DNA from: a virus
Taxonomy: Duplodnaviria > Caudoviricetes
Reading direction: 5' to 3' (one strand)
Virus record (IMG/VR): IMGVR_UViG_3300029288_003134
Location: 1 to 64,000 of that record
DNA length: 64,000 nt
Part shown: positions 35,656 through 45,950 of the stretch, piece by piece
How the letters are laid out: every line of letters begins with the position of its first letter
Numbering within the stretch: the stretch's first letter is position 1
Made by a program: the position numbers and the translations under genes
Notes under the pieces: generated by a model
Database searches by the model: none
What the model was told of the DNA's origin: nothing
The model's input: the letters and a program-made list of their open reading frames with translations, nothing else

Positions 35656-36203
35656 GGCTCATTATGGAAGGCAGTTTTATTATTGATGATTCTCAATTAA
35701 CACGATACATCAATGCTATGACAGGAATGCCATTAAGAATGTCGGCTGTAAATTCAAGGTGGATAAAAAAGCTGACTAATTATACCCATAAAAAAATGAG
35801 TTTGTATGCGCGGTCAAGATCACCACGGTCAACCGGGAACTTAGTCTCATCTATAGATTCAGATTATTCTTTAAATGGAACTACTCTATCTGGTAGAGTT
35901 TTTGTGTCTGACAATGTGAAATATCAGTTTGCTCAAGAGGAGGGTAATAGTCGAAAATCTGTTATTCTTGGGCGGCCTTTAATGACCTTTTCTACGACAG
36001 CTTGGAAAAATGCTCGTAGGGCTTCTTCCGCTGGTTTAGTCATGCAGCCACACAGAGGTTATTACGTTTTTGCTAAAGTAACACGTGGAAAATATCGGGG
36101 TAAACATTTTACGCAGAGAGCGTTTAATAGTTTGCTGACTTATTATAATTCAGTAGAGGGAAAAATATATACTGACTTAGTTTCGGCAATTTCACGGGGT
36201 TAA
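35652..36203 (+). CDS. HK97 gp10-like neck/tail-completion protein
   Basis: SPRSTGNLVSSI, YQFAQEEG, HFTQRAF. Confidence 0.75.
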   Translation: MRLIMEGSFIIDDSQLTRYINAMTGMPLRMSAVNSRWIKKLTNYTHKKMSLYARSRSPRSTGNLVSSIDSDYSLNGTTLSGRVFVSDNVKYQFAQEEGNSRKSVILGRPLMTFSTTAWKNARRASSAGLVMQPHRGYYVFAKVTRGKYRGKHFTQRAFNSLLTYYNSVEGKIYTDLVSAISRG

Positions 36204-36204
36204 T

Positions 36205-36633
36205 ATGAAGCTGATCGCAGAGAGAATTATAGCATATTTGAAGAATGACTCAACCTTAACTACACTTTTAGGGTCGAGTAAAAATATTTTTGCGGAAAAT
36301 CTACAGGAGCCCGAAAATCGGAAGACAAAATATGTGGTTATTCCGGTAGAGCCAGGCGAGGACTTAAATTATGCCTCTGGGCAACAGGGTAGTTTTGTTA
36401 TTGAGGTGTGCGTGAGTAGGACTATTGCTGGAGCCTTCGGTGTATGCCTGAATATTGCGGATAGGGTAGACGCTCTTTTAAATAAAGGTGAGGCTGGCCT
36501 AAGTACGACTGGTTGGAAAGTTGTACATATTAAACGTACAGGCTCCCCCTCTCACGGGCCTTTAGTTGATAAAGAAGCCGGAGAGGTCTATATAGATTTA
36601 GAGTACGAGTATTTACTTGATGAAAGTGCGTAA
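36205..36633 (+). CDS. tail terminator protein
   Basis: IIAYLKNDSTLTTLLG...IADRVDALL. Confidence 0.75.
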   Translation: MKLIAERIIAYLKNDSTLTTLLGSSKNIFAENLQEPENRKTKYVVIPVEPGEDLNYASGQQGSFVIEVCVSRTIAGAFGVCLNIADRVDALLNKGEAGLSTTGWKVVHIKRTGSPSHGPLVDKEAGEVYIDLEYEYLLDESA

Positions 36634-36676
36634 AATTGTTTACGGCACATTGACCTAACAAACAGGAGGTAGTAAA

Positions 36677-36982
36677 ATGTCAGAGAAAATCAATTTGTCT
36701 CAGTCTACGGAATTTCAATTACGTGGTAATGTAACGCTTCAGGTCTATCCCGCCTCACTCGAAGTATTATCTCTTCTTTCCCCTAAATTGGACGAGATGA
36801 ATAAGCTCACTAAATCTACTGATATGAAGAAACAGATGGAGGTTTTTTTGGATGTTATCTTCGAGCTTGTTAAAGACGACAATGACATCAAGAAAACTGA
36901 TTTAAGTAAGGTTTTGACTGTTGAGGCAGGCGTTAAGATTATGCAGAAAGCTCTTGGTAATTTCGGAAATATTTTAGCATAG
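36677..36982 (+). CDS. tail assembly chaperone
   Basis: Position and size upstream of the tape measure gene. Confidence 0.6.
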   Translation: MSEKINLSQSTEFQLRGNVTLQVYPASLEVLSLLSPKLDEMNKLTKSTDMKKQMEVFLDVIFELVKDDNDIKKTDLSKVLTVEAGVKIMQKALGNFGNILA

Positions 36983-36991
36983 GGCTGATTT

Positions 36992-37357
36992 ATGCAAACT
37001 GAATTCAGAGCGCAGATTCTTCCAATATTGGACACAGTAATGTCTGAGTATGGTTGGACGCTTGAATATACGTTACGGCTTCCTAGTGATGTTTTAATTG
37101 ATCTTTATAAGGCTATATCAGCTAGAAAATTATCAGAAGCAAAGCTTTGGACAAAGCTTATTGGGGCCGCAGTTGGCGCAGGGTTCTCTGGGAAGCTTGA
37201 GAAATTAGATAATATTTTTTCTTCTTCAGATACGCCTGTTACAGAGGCCGACCCGGTGGCATGGAAGGCACAACTTAAAGGCGTTTGGATGAGGCTAAAA
37301 AAAGACCCAGAAGAGTTCGAGCGTAGATGGGCCGCTGGTGAAAAAATAGAAATGTAG
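36992..37357 (+). CDS. second tail assembly chaperone
   Basis: SEYGWTLEYTLRLP motif; immediately before the tape measure gene. Confidence 0.6.
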   Translation: MQTEFRAQILPILDTVMSEYGWTLEYTLRLPSDVLIDLYKAISARKLSEAKLWTKLIGAAVGAGFSGKLEKLDNIFSSSDTPVTEADPVAWKAQLKGVWMRLKKDPEEFERRWAAGEKIEM

Positions 37358-37364
37358 GCAGACT

Positions 37365-39578
37365 ATGGCAGAGAAAAATCTTCATATAAATATTGGTCTT
37401 GGTATAGAAGACCTCCAAAAAAATCTAGGCAAAATGACTACGGGCTTAGCCCTCGTAAAGTCTGCCCTACGCGCAGTTTTTCGTACTGCAATCGTAGCCG
37501 GATTCTTCATGGCTATACGTGCGGGTTTTAATGTTTTATCTAATTTTCAAAACTCTCTGGAAAAACTCGCCGGAGATTTTGGGAAGCTGAACTATGCCGC
37601 AGTTCAAACTGCTGCTATTATTTCTGAGGGTGGTGGGGGTTTTCAGGCAGCCTTTGAGGAGGCATCTCAATCCGCCAGAAAATTATCTATGGAGACAGGC
37701 TTTACAGCCGGAGAAATTCAGGCTGGCTTATACACCTCCGCCCAGGCCGCATTAAATTTTTCAGATTCCTTAAAAGTTACTCAGTCTGCTTTACAATTAG
37801 CCACAGTAGGTGGTGAAGATTTTCAGGGTACTTTAAATGATTTAATTGGTATTACACGAGCTTTCGGGGTATCTGTTAAAGAAGTACCGCAGTTTGCTGA
37901 TGCTTTAACCGCAGCTATGATTAAATCCAAAGCGACTTTAGGTGGTTTATTTGAAGGCTTACGAAATGTCGCGTCTATTGCTGGAACAGCTTTTGGTGAG
38001 ACACGAGATACTTTTTTGGATTCTTCGGCTGCGTTAATGGTTTTAAATGATGCGGGTATTGAAGGAAGTTCTGCCGGAACTAAATTAAGGGCAGCAATGC
38101 AAAAACTTTTGGGCGGCACAGTTCAAACCACAGCTGCTTTTACAAAATACGGAATAAACCTCTTTCAGGCAGATGCCGCATCACAGGGTTATTTGAGGAC
38201 TTTACTCTCTGGGCAGAAAGTTATGGCTTCCACACAGGAAGAATTAAATGCCTTAAAACAAAAACAGTTTGATTTAATCGGTGCAAATCAGCAGGGGTCA
38301 CGGGAGTTTGCTACTTTAACAGCCGACCTAGATAAGGTAAGCACTAAGTTGTTTGATATGCAGAAAAATTTGGACGATGTTTATAATGAATTTACTTTAG
38401 CTGGTGGTAAGCTTCGGCCCTTTGCAGATGTTTTAAATGAAATAGGTACTAAGGCCCCCACTGAGGTTATTGGGAGGGCTTTTGGTATTCGCGGCGGTGA
38501 GGCGATTATGCGGGTACTTAATAACTTAGATAAATTTAATCGTTTTAAGACTATTCTTAAAGAATATGTATCTGAGTCTGAAAAGGGTAAAAGTATTACT
38601 CAGACTATTTTTGGGCAGTTCGTGGAGTCTGTACTTATCCGCTGGCAGAAAATGAAGAATAGTGTAATGGCTATTTTTGGTGTGATTGCTGATTCATTTT
38701 TTTCGGCTTTAGCCCCCATAATGGAACCAGTTCAAAAATCTTTAAATACTATTTTTGAATCTATTTCTAGGAATAAGGGTAGTTTTGCGAATGTTTTCAA
38801 GGGTGCTGCCGAGGCACTTAGGCCCGCTTTAGATTATATGAGTAAGGCTGTTCCTAAAATAACAGATCAATTAGCAGGTGTATTTGTTCCGGGTAAAGAA
38901 ATGAATTTTAAAAAATATGCGTTTAGTTCTGAGACCGGGAAAATACAGTCTAGTGATATAAAATCTACTGGAGATGTTACTAATAAATTAAAATTATTTA
39001 CAGAATCATTATCATCTCTTTTTATTGCTGTTTTGAGTCAAGGTTTAATGGCTTTAAAGCCTATCATAGATATTTTTGGAGCAGTTTTTTCTGCTTCAAT
39101 TTTTGCTGAACTTCAAAAAAATGTTGCAATATTCAAAAGTATTGGTGCGGAGGTTGCGCGAGGTTTTGTAGCGGCTCTTGGTGAGATGGCTGTAGAGACT
39201 GGCAAGGGTTTGGTCGTTGGCGGCTCTTCTCTCGCTAAGACTGCTCTTGGTGGTTTTGGTACAAATTCTACAGGTTTACCTGCTGTTGGTGGCACCTTCC
39301 CCAATCCATACCCGCAAATTCCTACAACTTTAATGGGTTTGCCTGGTGCTAATAATAAGAGTCCCTCAGAAGGAACCGCTTCAATTCAGTGGGGTAAAGG
39401 GCCAGCTGAGCAGATAGATTTATCTAAATTAAATACGGCTGGCATGGAGAATGCTTTTGATAAAATGGGTCGGGCAGTTGACACCCACAATCAGGCACTC
39501 ACAAGGATAAATACTCGTTTAAATGATGTTGAGGCTGAGGCTAAACGGGCTCTGGAGCGGTTATATCAGGGTCGTTAA
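37365..39578 (+). CDS. tape measure protein (TP901-type domain)
   Basis: FTAGEIQAGL, FADALT, LNDAGIEGSSAGTKLR; Ala/Gly-rich helical. Confidence 0.92.
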   Translation: MAEKNLHINIGLGIEDLQKNLGKMTTGLALVKSALRAVFRTAIVAGFFMAIRAGFNVLSNFQNSLEKLAGDFGKLNYAAVQTAAIISEGGGGFQAAFEEASQSARKLSMETGFTAGEIQAGLYTSAQAALNFSDSLKVTQSALQLATVGGEDFQGTLNDLIGITRAFGVSVKEVPQFADALTAAMIKSKATLGGLFEGLRNVASIAGTAFGETRDTFLDSSAALMVLNDAGIEGSSAGTKLRAAMQKLLGGTVQTTAAFTKYGINLFQADAASQGYLRTLLSGQKVMASTQEELNALKQKQFDLIGANQQGSREFATLTADLDKVSTKLFDMQKNLDDVYNEFTLAGGKLRPFADVLNEIGTKAPTEVIGRAFGIRGGEAIMRVLNNLDKFNRFKTILKEYVSESEKGKSITQTIFGQFVESVLIRWQKMKNSVMAIFGVIADSFFSALAPIMEPVQKSLNTIFESISRNKGSFANVFKGAAEALRPALDYMSKAVPKITDQLAGVFVPGKEMNFKKYAFSSETGKIQSSDIKSTGDVTNKLKLFTESLSSLFIAVLSQGLMALKPIIDIFGAVFSASIFAELQKNVAIFKSIGAEVARGFVAALGEMAVETGKGLVVGGSSLAKTALGGFGTNSTGLPAVGGTFPNPYPQIPTTLMGLPGANNKSPSEGTASIQWGKGPAEQIDLSKLNTAGMENAFDKMGRAVDTHNQALTRINTRLNDVEAEAKRALERLYQGR

Positions 39579-39587
39579 GGAGTTATT

Positions 39588-39977
39588 ATGAGTTTCGTGG
39601 GGGCACCTAAAAGAATTCAGTGGAAATCTCAGGACATTGGAGATTACTCCTATGTTTATTTTGATTACCAGGGAAATGTTGAAACAAGAATAATTCCAAG
39701 AGCTAAGGGCATGCGTTTGCGTTCTACAGAACAATTAGGCGGAGGCCTTTTAAATATAACAGTTCAGACTCTAGTAGCAAAAGCTGATAGAACAGCCTTA
39801 GAGAATTTTATTGCTACTTTAGATAATACATTATCTTTAAATGTTCCAGGAGATTTAGTGGTCTACGATGAGAATGGTACATACACTTTGAGTGACTGCT
39901 ATTTAGAGTCATTTTCTCAGACATCTGAGGACTTAAAAGCTAATTTAGTAACTTTCAAATTTGTAAAAAGCCTTTAA
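39588..39977 (+). CDS. distal tail (Dit-like) protein
   Basis: Directly after the tape measure gene, tube-like beta pattern. Confidence 0.55.
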   Translation: MSFVGAPKRIQWKSQDIGDYSYVYFDYQGNVETRIIPRAKGMRLRSTEQLGGGLLNITVQTLVAKADRTALENFIATLDNTLSLNVPGDLVVYDENGTYTLSDCYLESFSQTSEDLKANLVTFKFVKSL

Positions 39978-39989
39978 AGGAGATGGGTC

Positions 39990-41018
39990 ATGCCAGTTCA
40001 AATTGATACAGACGAGTTAATTCAGGCGGCTAATAATTCTGGTTATGGTCAGCAGCATATTATAGAAACGGCCACTGGAATTATTTATGCGGTTCAAATA
40101 AATTCTTCTAATGTTATAGAGGTCAAAGTTTCTTCTGATGGGGGCTCAAACTGGTCTGAGGATACAACCTTTAGTGGATTATCTGCGCCTTTTTGTATGT
40201 CATTTTGTAAATCTGAATTGGATGATATATTTCTTTGTTATTGTCATAATAATACTACCTATGTTGTAAATAAGCGAGATCACACTTCTGGTACTTGGAG
40301 CCAGGTGGCTAATGGGACGCTGGATTTATTGGGTTGTCAGGCTATGATTTGTTATAGTCGTTTTACCCCGAGATTATACATTATGATAACCGCTAATGCT
40401 GCTCCGTATTTTCTTATGAGATATTCTGATGACTACGGTTCCTCTTTCACCACTGTAAATATTGGCGGGCCCGGCTCTGGGGCTAAGGCTATTTACGGTG
40501 TAGACACTCACCCAATTACGGGTAATATTTATACCGTAATTAAGGCCGCTGCGGGTGGAACGAGTGGTTATGTTACTTGGATATGCAGTGCACTGGGCAC
40601 AGGCCTTGCGTCAGAGGGCGCATTAACAGTCAGTTCTGCCCCGGCTGGCCAATTAGGTGGAGCATTGGCCCTAGATTCTGCTGGAAATCGCTGGAGACTG
40701 ATTTATTATTTATTGTCTGGAAACTATCGTTTAAGAGTTGATAAAAATGGTAGCAGTTCTTTTGATACAAGTTATTCTACAACTGATACTTTAAATCATG
40801 GTCAATTAGCAATAGGGATTGATAATAAAGATAATGTTTACATTTTTTATGTAAAAACAGCAGATAGTATATGTTATTATCAGAAGTATGATGCGGTGGC
40901 GGCAACTTGGGGGGCTGAGACTCCCCTTAGTGTGGCTGTGGGGGTGCGGCCATCCTGTGTGCAGATCGTAAAATCGGGTGGAACGAAGCTTCGTATTTTA
41001 TATACTGCTGATGCTTAA
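39990..41018 (+). CDS. beta-propeller/Asp-box virion protein
   Basis: SSDGGSNW and YSDDYGSSF Asp-box repeats. Confidence 0.7.
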   Translation: MPVQIDTDELIQAANNSGYGQQHIIETATGIIYAVQINSSNVIEVKVSSDGGSNWSEDTTFSGLSAPFCMSFCKSELDDIFLCYCHNNTTYVVNKRDHTSGTWSQVANGTLDLLGCQAMICYSRFTPRLYIMITANAAPYFLMRYSDDYGSSFTTVNIGGPGSGAKAIYGVDTHPITGNIYTVIKAAAGGTSGYVTWICSALGTGLASEGALTVSSAPAGQLGGALALDSAGNRWRLIYYLLSGNYRLRVDKNGSSSFDTSYSTTDTLNHGQLAIGIDNKDNVYIFYVKTADSICYYQKYDAVAATWGAETPLSVAVGVRPSCVQIVKSGGTKLRILYTADA

Positions 41019-41038
41019 AATTGTTTTAGGAGTTTATT

Positions 41039-43351
41039 GTGGCTAATACATTTTTAACTTATGATGAATTAACGGTGCCCTCTGGGGATATACTCTTAAC
41101 TTATGATGAGTTGACTGTCCCAATAGACCCAAATAGGCATTTGACTTATGATGAATTAACGGTTCCAGCAACGATTCAGCATACGGCCATTCTATCTTGG
41201 CAGAATTGGCAGATTCAGGAATTATTTCCTGGGTTGGATTGGCTTACGCAGGGTAATACAGATTTTAAACCAAATCTTATAAATTATAGTTTTGATTATT
41301 TACTTCCGAATATTATTTCAGACGTTTATCCAATAGGCTTTTCTGGTGTTTGTCCAGGTTTCACTTTACATTTAGGCAATACTGGGAGCTCTGGACAGAC
41401 GATTATAGAACTTTATGCTTTGGGTATTTTGCAGCATACGGAAGTAATTTCGGCTACGGGTTTAAAGTTTCAAAAAGTTATAAACTTAGATATGGGCTTT
41501 TTAATGCGGCCTTTGGGTGAGTTTGAATTGCGTATTACACAAATTGCTCAGGGTTGTACAGATTTAAAAGTAAACGCTTATTTAATGACTTTTCCTTTTG
41601 AGGCTAATATTTTATCTTATGGAAATTTAATTGATTCTAAAAAAGTAAATGGCTTAGGTTCTGAGTATTTATTTTATGATGCAGATACCTGGTTTATTGA
41701 GCTTAATCAACCAATAGTATCCTTAGATTCAGTAGTGGCTGTAAATAAGTCAGGTAATGCTGTAGAACTGGTTGGCACACTGGGTCAAGGAACATTTTAT
41801 AATAACCAGATTACATTATTGCCCTATACCGCTGAAAGTATAGATAAGCTAAGAATTCGTATTTTAGATTTTTCTGGTCATTACAGAACACTGGAAATAT
41901 CCCCAAACACTGCACCAAAATATTCTGTTTGGCCGGAATATGCTTCTGATACGATTTCTAGTAGTACCTATGGGGTGGTTAATCTTGCGTCTGGCGGTAT
42001 AGCCTCTGCTTCTAGTGTATATACAGGAGGTGGACATACAGCAGATCAGGCTTCGGATGGAAACGATGTTACTTATTGGCGATCTGGTACATCTAATCAT
42101 TTACCGGAGTCTTGGGCCTATGATTCGGGTTTGGGTAATGAACAAACGATTCGTAGATTAAAAATAAAGCCATTATTTTTAACGCATTCTTGTGTTAAGG
42201 CTTTTAGTATTTTAGGCTCTAATGAGGCGGCCCCAACTATGCTGGCAGACTCCACCACTGGTTGGACGACTCTGGCGTACTTTGAGGCGGAAGATTCGAA
42301 TACTTGGCAGACATTCGATTTTGAAAATTCGGTAGCGTATAGGCATTATCGAATAAATATAGGTAGTTCTTATGATGCCGCTTTGGAGACAGGTTTATAC
42401 GGGATAGAATTTTATACGGGTGTTGATACCCTGACCAGTAATCTATCTGTAATTTGCCTTTTGGATACCAAGCGGTATCGTTATAGTTTTGATGGTGTAA
42501 ATTTTTCTTCTTGGGCAAATATAGATATTGATAATTTGCTCACGGTAGATTTCTCTACACAAAATTATGGTCAGTTAAATTTAACTCTTGAATACGATAA
42601 TGGTGTAGATATTTTACAGGAAACAGTTAGTATTTTTTATATCAGTGCGGTAATAGACTGTTCTGGTTTATTTGAGGGGCCATTAATTCAGATAAATTAT
42701 TCTGATATAGTTCCGTTTAAACAGGCAAATTTATATTATGACGGAATATTGGTAGACCAGTATATACAGCCAATTTTATATGGTTTTAGTTCATTTAATT
42801 TGAATATGACTACAGGCGAGGTTGAATCCGCTGCTGGTACGGTTTATTATAATGGTGAAAAATTTAGTTGGCCTGGAACAAATTTAGCCATAGATATAGA
42901 CCCAGAATTATATGATTATAATTGGCGAGTTATTTTTGGCTTTAATACAAATACGAAAGAATTTGAATTAAATTATTTTGTAAACACATCACCGAATAAA
43001 CCACCAACAGAGGTTTTTGATAATTTTATTCCTATTTGGGCGGGTGATTTTTCATTATTCTTTACCATAACACCGTTTTCTTGGGATTTTATTGTAGAGT
43101 ACAATCCAAGAGTTTATTCTCTTTATCAAGCCATAGGTTTGCCATTGGACACGACATTTAATGGCATAGTTACATTATCTATTTTTGATATTTCTGGTAG
43201 GCAACGGGATTTTGTATTAAATACAATAAAAACAAAATATAATATATGGAGAACACTTGAAGTAACCACGGCAACCTCGGATATTATTTTACCTGGGCAG
43301 ATTCATCAAGAAGCCACCCTAAATTATATAGTTACTTCAGACGGAGTTTAA
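41039..43351 (+). CDS. tail protein with discoidin (F5/8 type C) domain
   Basis: ASASSVY..ASDGNDVTYWRS...AYRHYRINI; three N-terminal LTYDELTVP repeats. Confidence 0.75.
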   Translation: MANTFLTYDELTVPSGDILLTYDELTVPIDPNRHLTYDELTVPATIQHTAILSWQNWQIQELFPGLDWLTQGNTDFKPNLINYSFDYLLPNIISDVYPIGFSGVCPGFTLHLGNTGSSGQTIIELYALGILQHTEVISATGLKFQKVINLDMGFLMRPLGEFELRITQIAQGCTDLKVNAYLMTFPFEANILSYGNLIDSKKVNGLGSEYLFYDADTWFIELNQPIVSLDSVVAVNKSGNAVELVGTLGQGTFYNNQITLLPYTAESIDKLRIRILDFSGHYRTLEISPNTAPKYSVWPEYASDTISSSTYGVVNLASGGIASASSVYTGGGHTADQASDGNDVTYWRSGTSNHLPESWAYDSGLGNEQTIRRLKIKPLFLTHSCVKAFSILGSNEAAPTMLADSTTGWTTLAYFEAEDSNTWQTFDFENSVAYRHYRINIGSSYDAALETGLYGIEFYTGVDTLTSNLSVICLLDTKRYRYSFDGVNFSSWANIDIDNLLTVDFSTQNYGQLNLTLEYDNGVDILQETVSIFYISAVIDCSGLFEGPLIQINYSDIVPFKQANLYYDGILVDQYIQPILYGFSSFNLNMTTGEVESAAGTVYYNGEKFSWPGTNLAIDIDPELYDYNWRVIFGFNTNTKEFELNYFVNTSPNKPPTEVFDNFIPIWAGDFSLFFTITPFSWDFIVEYNPRVYSLYQAIGLPLDTTFNGIVTLSIFDISGRQRDFVLNTIKTKYNIWRTLEVTTATSDIILPGQIHQEATLNYIVTSDGV

Positions 43352-43353
43352 TT

Positions 43354-45936
43354 ATGGCAGACACTTATGTTTTATCTGATGATAATTCTGGTTTTGTTTT
43401 AGAAATACCTGTGACCATACCTATTATTTGGCGTACTCGCACGGTTCAGAATACTTATCCTTGGGGTACTCCTTATATAAGTGCTCCAATTTTTTCTGGT
43501 CAGTTTACAACCTTCGTTAATAATAAGGTGGTTTATTCTGCGTGGACTTCTGGCGGGGAGGCCGGATTATACAGGCGTGTTTGTAGATACCAAAGTATTC
43601 TACTTCCGATGTTAGCAAAGCTAAAGGAATATGGTTTTATGACTACTTTAACCGTTGCTGTAGTAACAGCATACTATTTATATACTGAGGATATAAATGC
43701 TGAGATTGATTGGTACGCTACATTTAAAGCCCTGAGACTATTATATCCGCCGGAATATTATACGCTAGGTTCGGTGCGCCTTGTCAAGGCAGACTTATCT
43801 GAAAGTCAAAATTTAGTTTCAGAGGGCCTCGTAGACTTAGATATGTTAAAACAAAAGTATGCAAATGCCTTAGTTGAGGGTGAGAAGAGTTATGGACAAC
43901 TGTTAAGTATGCCAGCAGATATTCCTATGCAGAAAAAAACTATGGATTTATCTTCTCAGGACGGCCCAACTGATTTCGAAGCCTCTTATTATGACCCAAC
44001 AAAGGGGGCACCAACTATTCCCAGCATTTCTGGGGTAAATAGAGATTTTAGTGGGGAGATACCTACGTTGGGTTTGAATTCATGTATACAGGATAATAGG
44101 ACAGTTTATATGTATTTAAGGGTTTGGGTAAAATCTATTGTAGCTATTGGTGGGGGTTCAACTGATTTTGCACAGCCAGAGGCAATTACCCAGTCAGATA
44201 CCTCAGATGCTAGTTTAGATGATGTTACCGGACACGTTGGGAGTTCGGTTTCTGGGAGTTCTATTGGGGCACAAAAACAGGGGTTAAATAAGACCTTTAC
44301 TAATTATGGAAATACTCAGTTAGATTTTGATTCCGTTTATTTAACTGGAACAAATTATTCCGGTTTTGTTGCGGCAGGTGGTGGAATTATTTCGGAGGCT
44401 GGCGTATTTCCAATAAATCAAAATTTATACATAGAGTCGGTAAAGTTGAGTTTAGACGGGAGTACAATGACTGTAGTTGAGATTGTAGACTTCGATGCTC
44501 AACCATCTTTATCTATAAATCAGAAGTTGTATGGTTATTTATTTGATGATACCCATTCCAGTAAGCCTATTTTTTGTGGCTATGTTAGCTCTTTTCAAAG
44601 AACATTAAATGGTGAAACACAGCAAATTACTTATGAGTGCCGTGATCTACTCTTTTATTTGAATCAAATGTATTCTCCTTCTGTATATCATGTACAGGCT
44701 GGTGACATCACATACTCGGATGCAGTAAAAAGTATACTAAATACGGCGGGCCTTTCTACGTCTATCGTTAATTTACCTACTGTAGATACCCCAGAAATAA
44801 GTTGGTTGTATGAGCCACTAAAAAATATTCTTGATTGGGCTACAAAGTATTTTGGAAAATATGTTTATTTTCAAGACAGACATGGACGTTTAAATATTCG
44901 TGCTACAGATAGCGGTAGTTTTATAAAAAATATCGTAATCCCATCTGTAGGTACAGCAATATCCTCCAGCCATAGGACGATGAGTTTTAATCCAATTACG
45001 GATTATTCTAGGGCCAGGAATCAAGTTATTCTTACCGGAGATTTTTCGGTCACAGAAACTACGCAAACACTCCGGTATAATCTTACTGGGCCTGTGCATT
45101 TAAGCTCAGCTGTTGGACGCTCTGGTTTTTATTGGGATTTTAGCTCTATTGGTATAGGTGGGGCTACACAAAGAAAGTTTTATTTTGTTTTTAATACAAA
45201 ACATACATTATTAGAGAAATTATTGAGCATGCCTAATGAATCGGCTCAGGTGACTCTTACCATGACGACTTATTGGGATACATTTTTTCCGGCTGTACCT
45301 ACAACCGTGACATTGCCTATCACATCTTTTCAGACCGCTGAACATGCGGGTAGAATTATTTGTGCCTTTACTCCGGGTGATTTTCCTGTAGGCACCATGA
45401 TTCCGATAGAGATGAATGGGAGTTCTATTTTTACCGGGCAAGCTACAACAGGTAGAACAGAATATACGTTCAATGTTACTTATGCCTATAAAAGTGATAA
45501 TCCCATCCAAGTTACTAGATTTTTGGGCTATGGTGGCGGGATTGAGGTTATAAAAAGGCCCGAATTCAAGGATGTGAATAGCCCCGCTGGAAAGGTATCA
45601 GATAAACTTTTGATGGAGGCTTACCTGGATTATATCAAGGAGTTTTATAAGCCCATATATGGGGGCTCTCTTGAAATGGATGGGTTAGATTTGGACGTGG
45701 AATTACTTGGTAAAGTCTCGGTGACTGGGACTAATCTTAGTGCCACCGAAGCGTCTAATTTAATTATTTATGGAATTACCTATGATGTAGTGAAGCAAAA
45801 GACGAGCCTAGAGTTATCAAATAAGGTTTTTTCAGATTTACCTTATTTTGATGTTTTAAAAGAGCGCGCTAGGTCTAACAATGAGTCTTTAGTCAAACTT
45901 GGTTTACTTGAACAAAAATCGTTATATAATACATAA
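43354..45936 (+). CDS. tail tip/baseplate hub protein
   Basis: IFCGYV, ITYECRDLL, ARNQVILTG, IYGITYD hub-like motifs. Confidence 0.7.
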   Translation: MADTYVLSDDNSGFVLEIPVTIPIIWRTRTVQNTYPWGTPYISAPIFSGQFTTFVNNKVVYSAWTSGGEAGLYRRVCRYQSILLPMLAKLKEYGFMTTLTVAVVTAYYLYTEDINAEIDWYATFKALRLLYPPEYYTLGSVRLVKADLSESQNLVSEGLVDLDMLKQKYANALVEGEKSYGQLLSMPADIPMQKKTMDLSSQDGPTDFEASYYDPTKGAPTIPSISGVNRDFSGEIPTLGLNSCIQDNRTVYMYLRVWVKSIVAIGGGSTDFAQPEAITQSDTSDASLDDVTGHVGSSVSGSSIGAQKQGLNKTFTNYGNTQLDFDSVYLTGTNYSGFVAAGGGIISEAGVFPINQNLYIESVKLSLDGSTMTVVEIVDFDAQPSLSINQKLYGYLFDDTHSSKPIFCGYVSSFQRTLNGETQQITYECRDLLFYLNQMYSPSVYHVQAGDITYSDAVKSILNTAGLSTSIVNLPTVDTPEISWLYEPLKNILDWATKYFGKYVYFQDRHGRLNIRATDSGSFIKNIVIPSVGTAISSSHRTMSFNPITDYSRARNQVILTGDFSVTETTQTLRYNLTGPVHLSSAVGRSGFYWDFSSIGIGGATQRKFYFVFNTKHTLLEKLLSMPNESAQVTLTMTTYWDTFFPAVPTTVTLPITSFQTAEHAGRIICAFTPGDFPVGTMIPIEMNGSSIFTGQATTGRTEYTFNVTYAYKSDNPIQVTRFLGYGGGIEVIKRPEFKDVNSPAGKVSDKLLMEAYLDYIKEFYKPIYGGSLEMDGLDLDVELLGKVSVTGTNLSATEASNLIIYGITYDVVKQKTSLELSNKVFSDLPYFDVLKERARSNNESLVKLGLLEQKSLYNT

Positions 45937-45950
45937 CACTGGATTTATTT

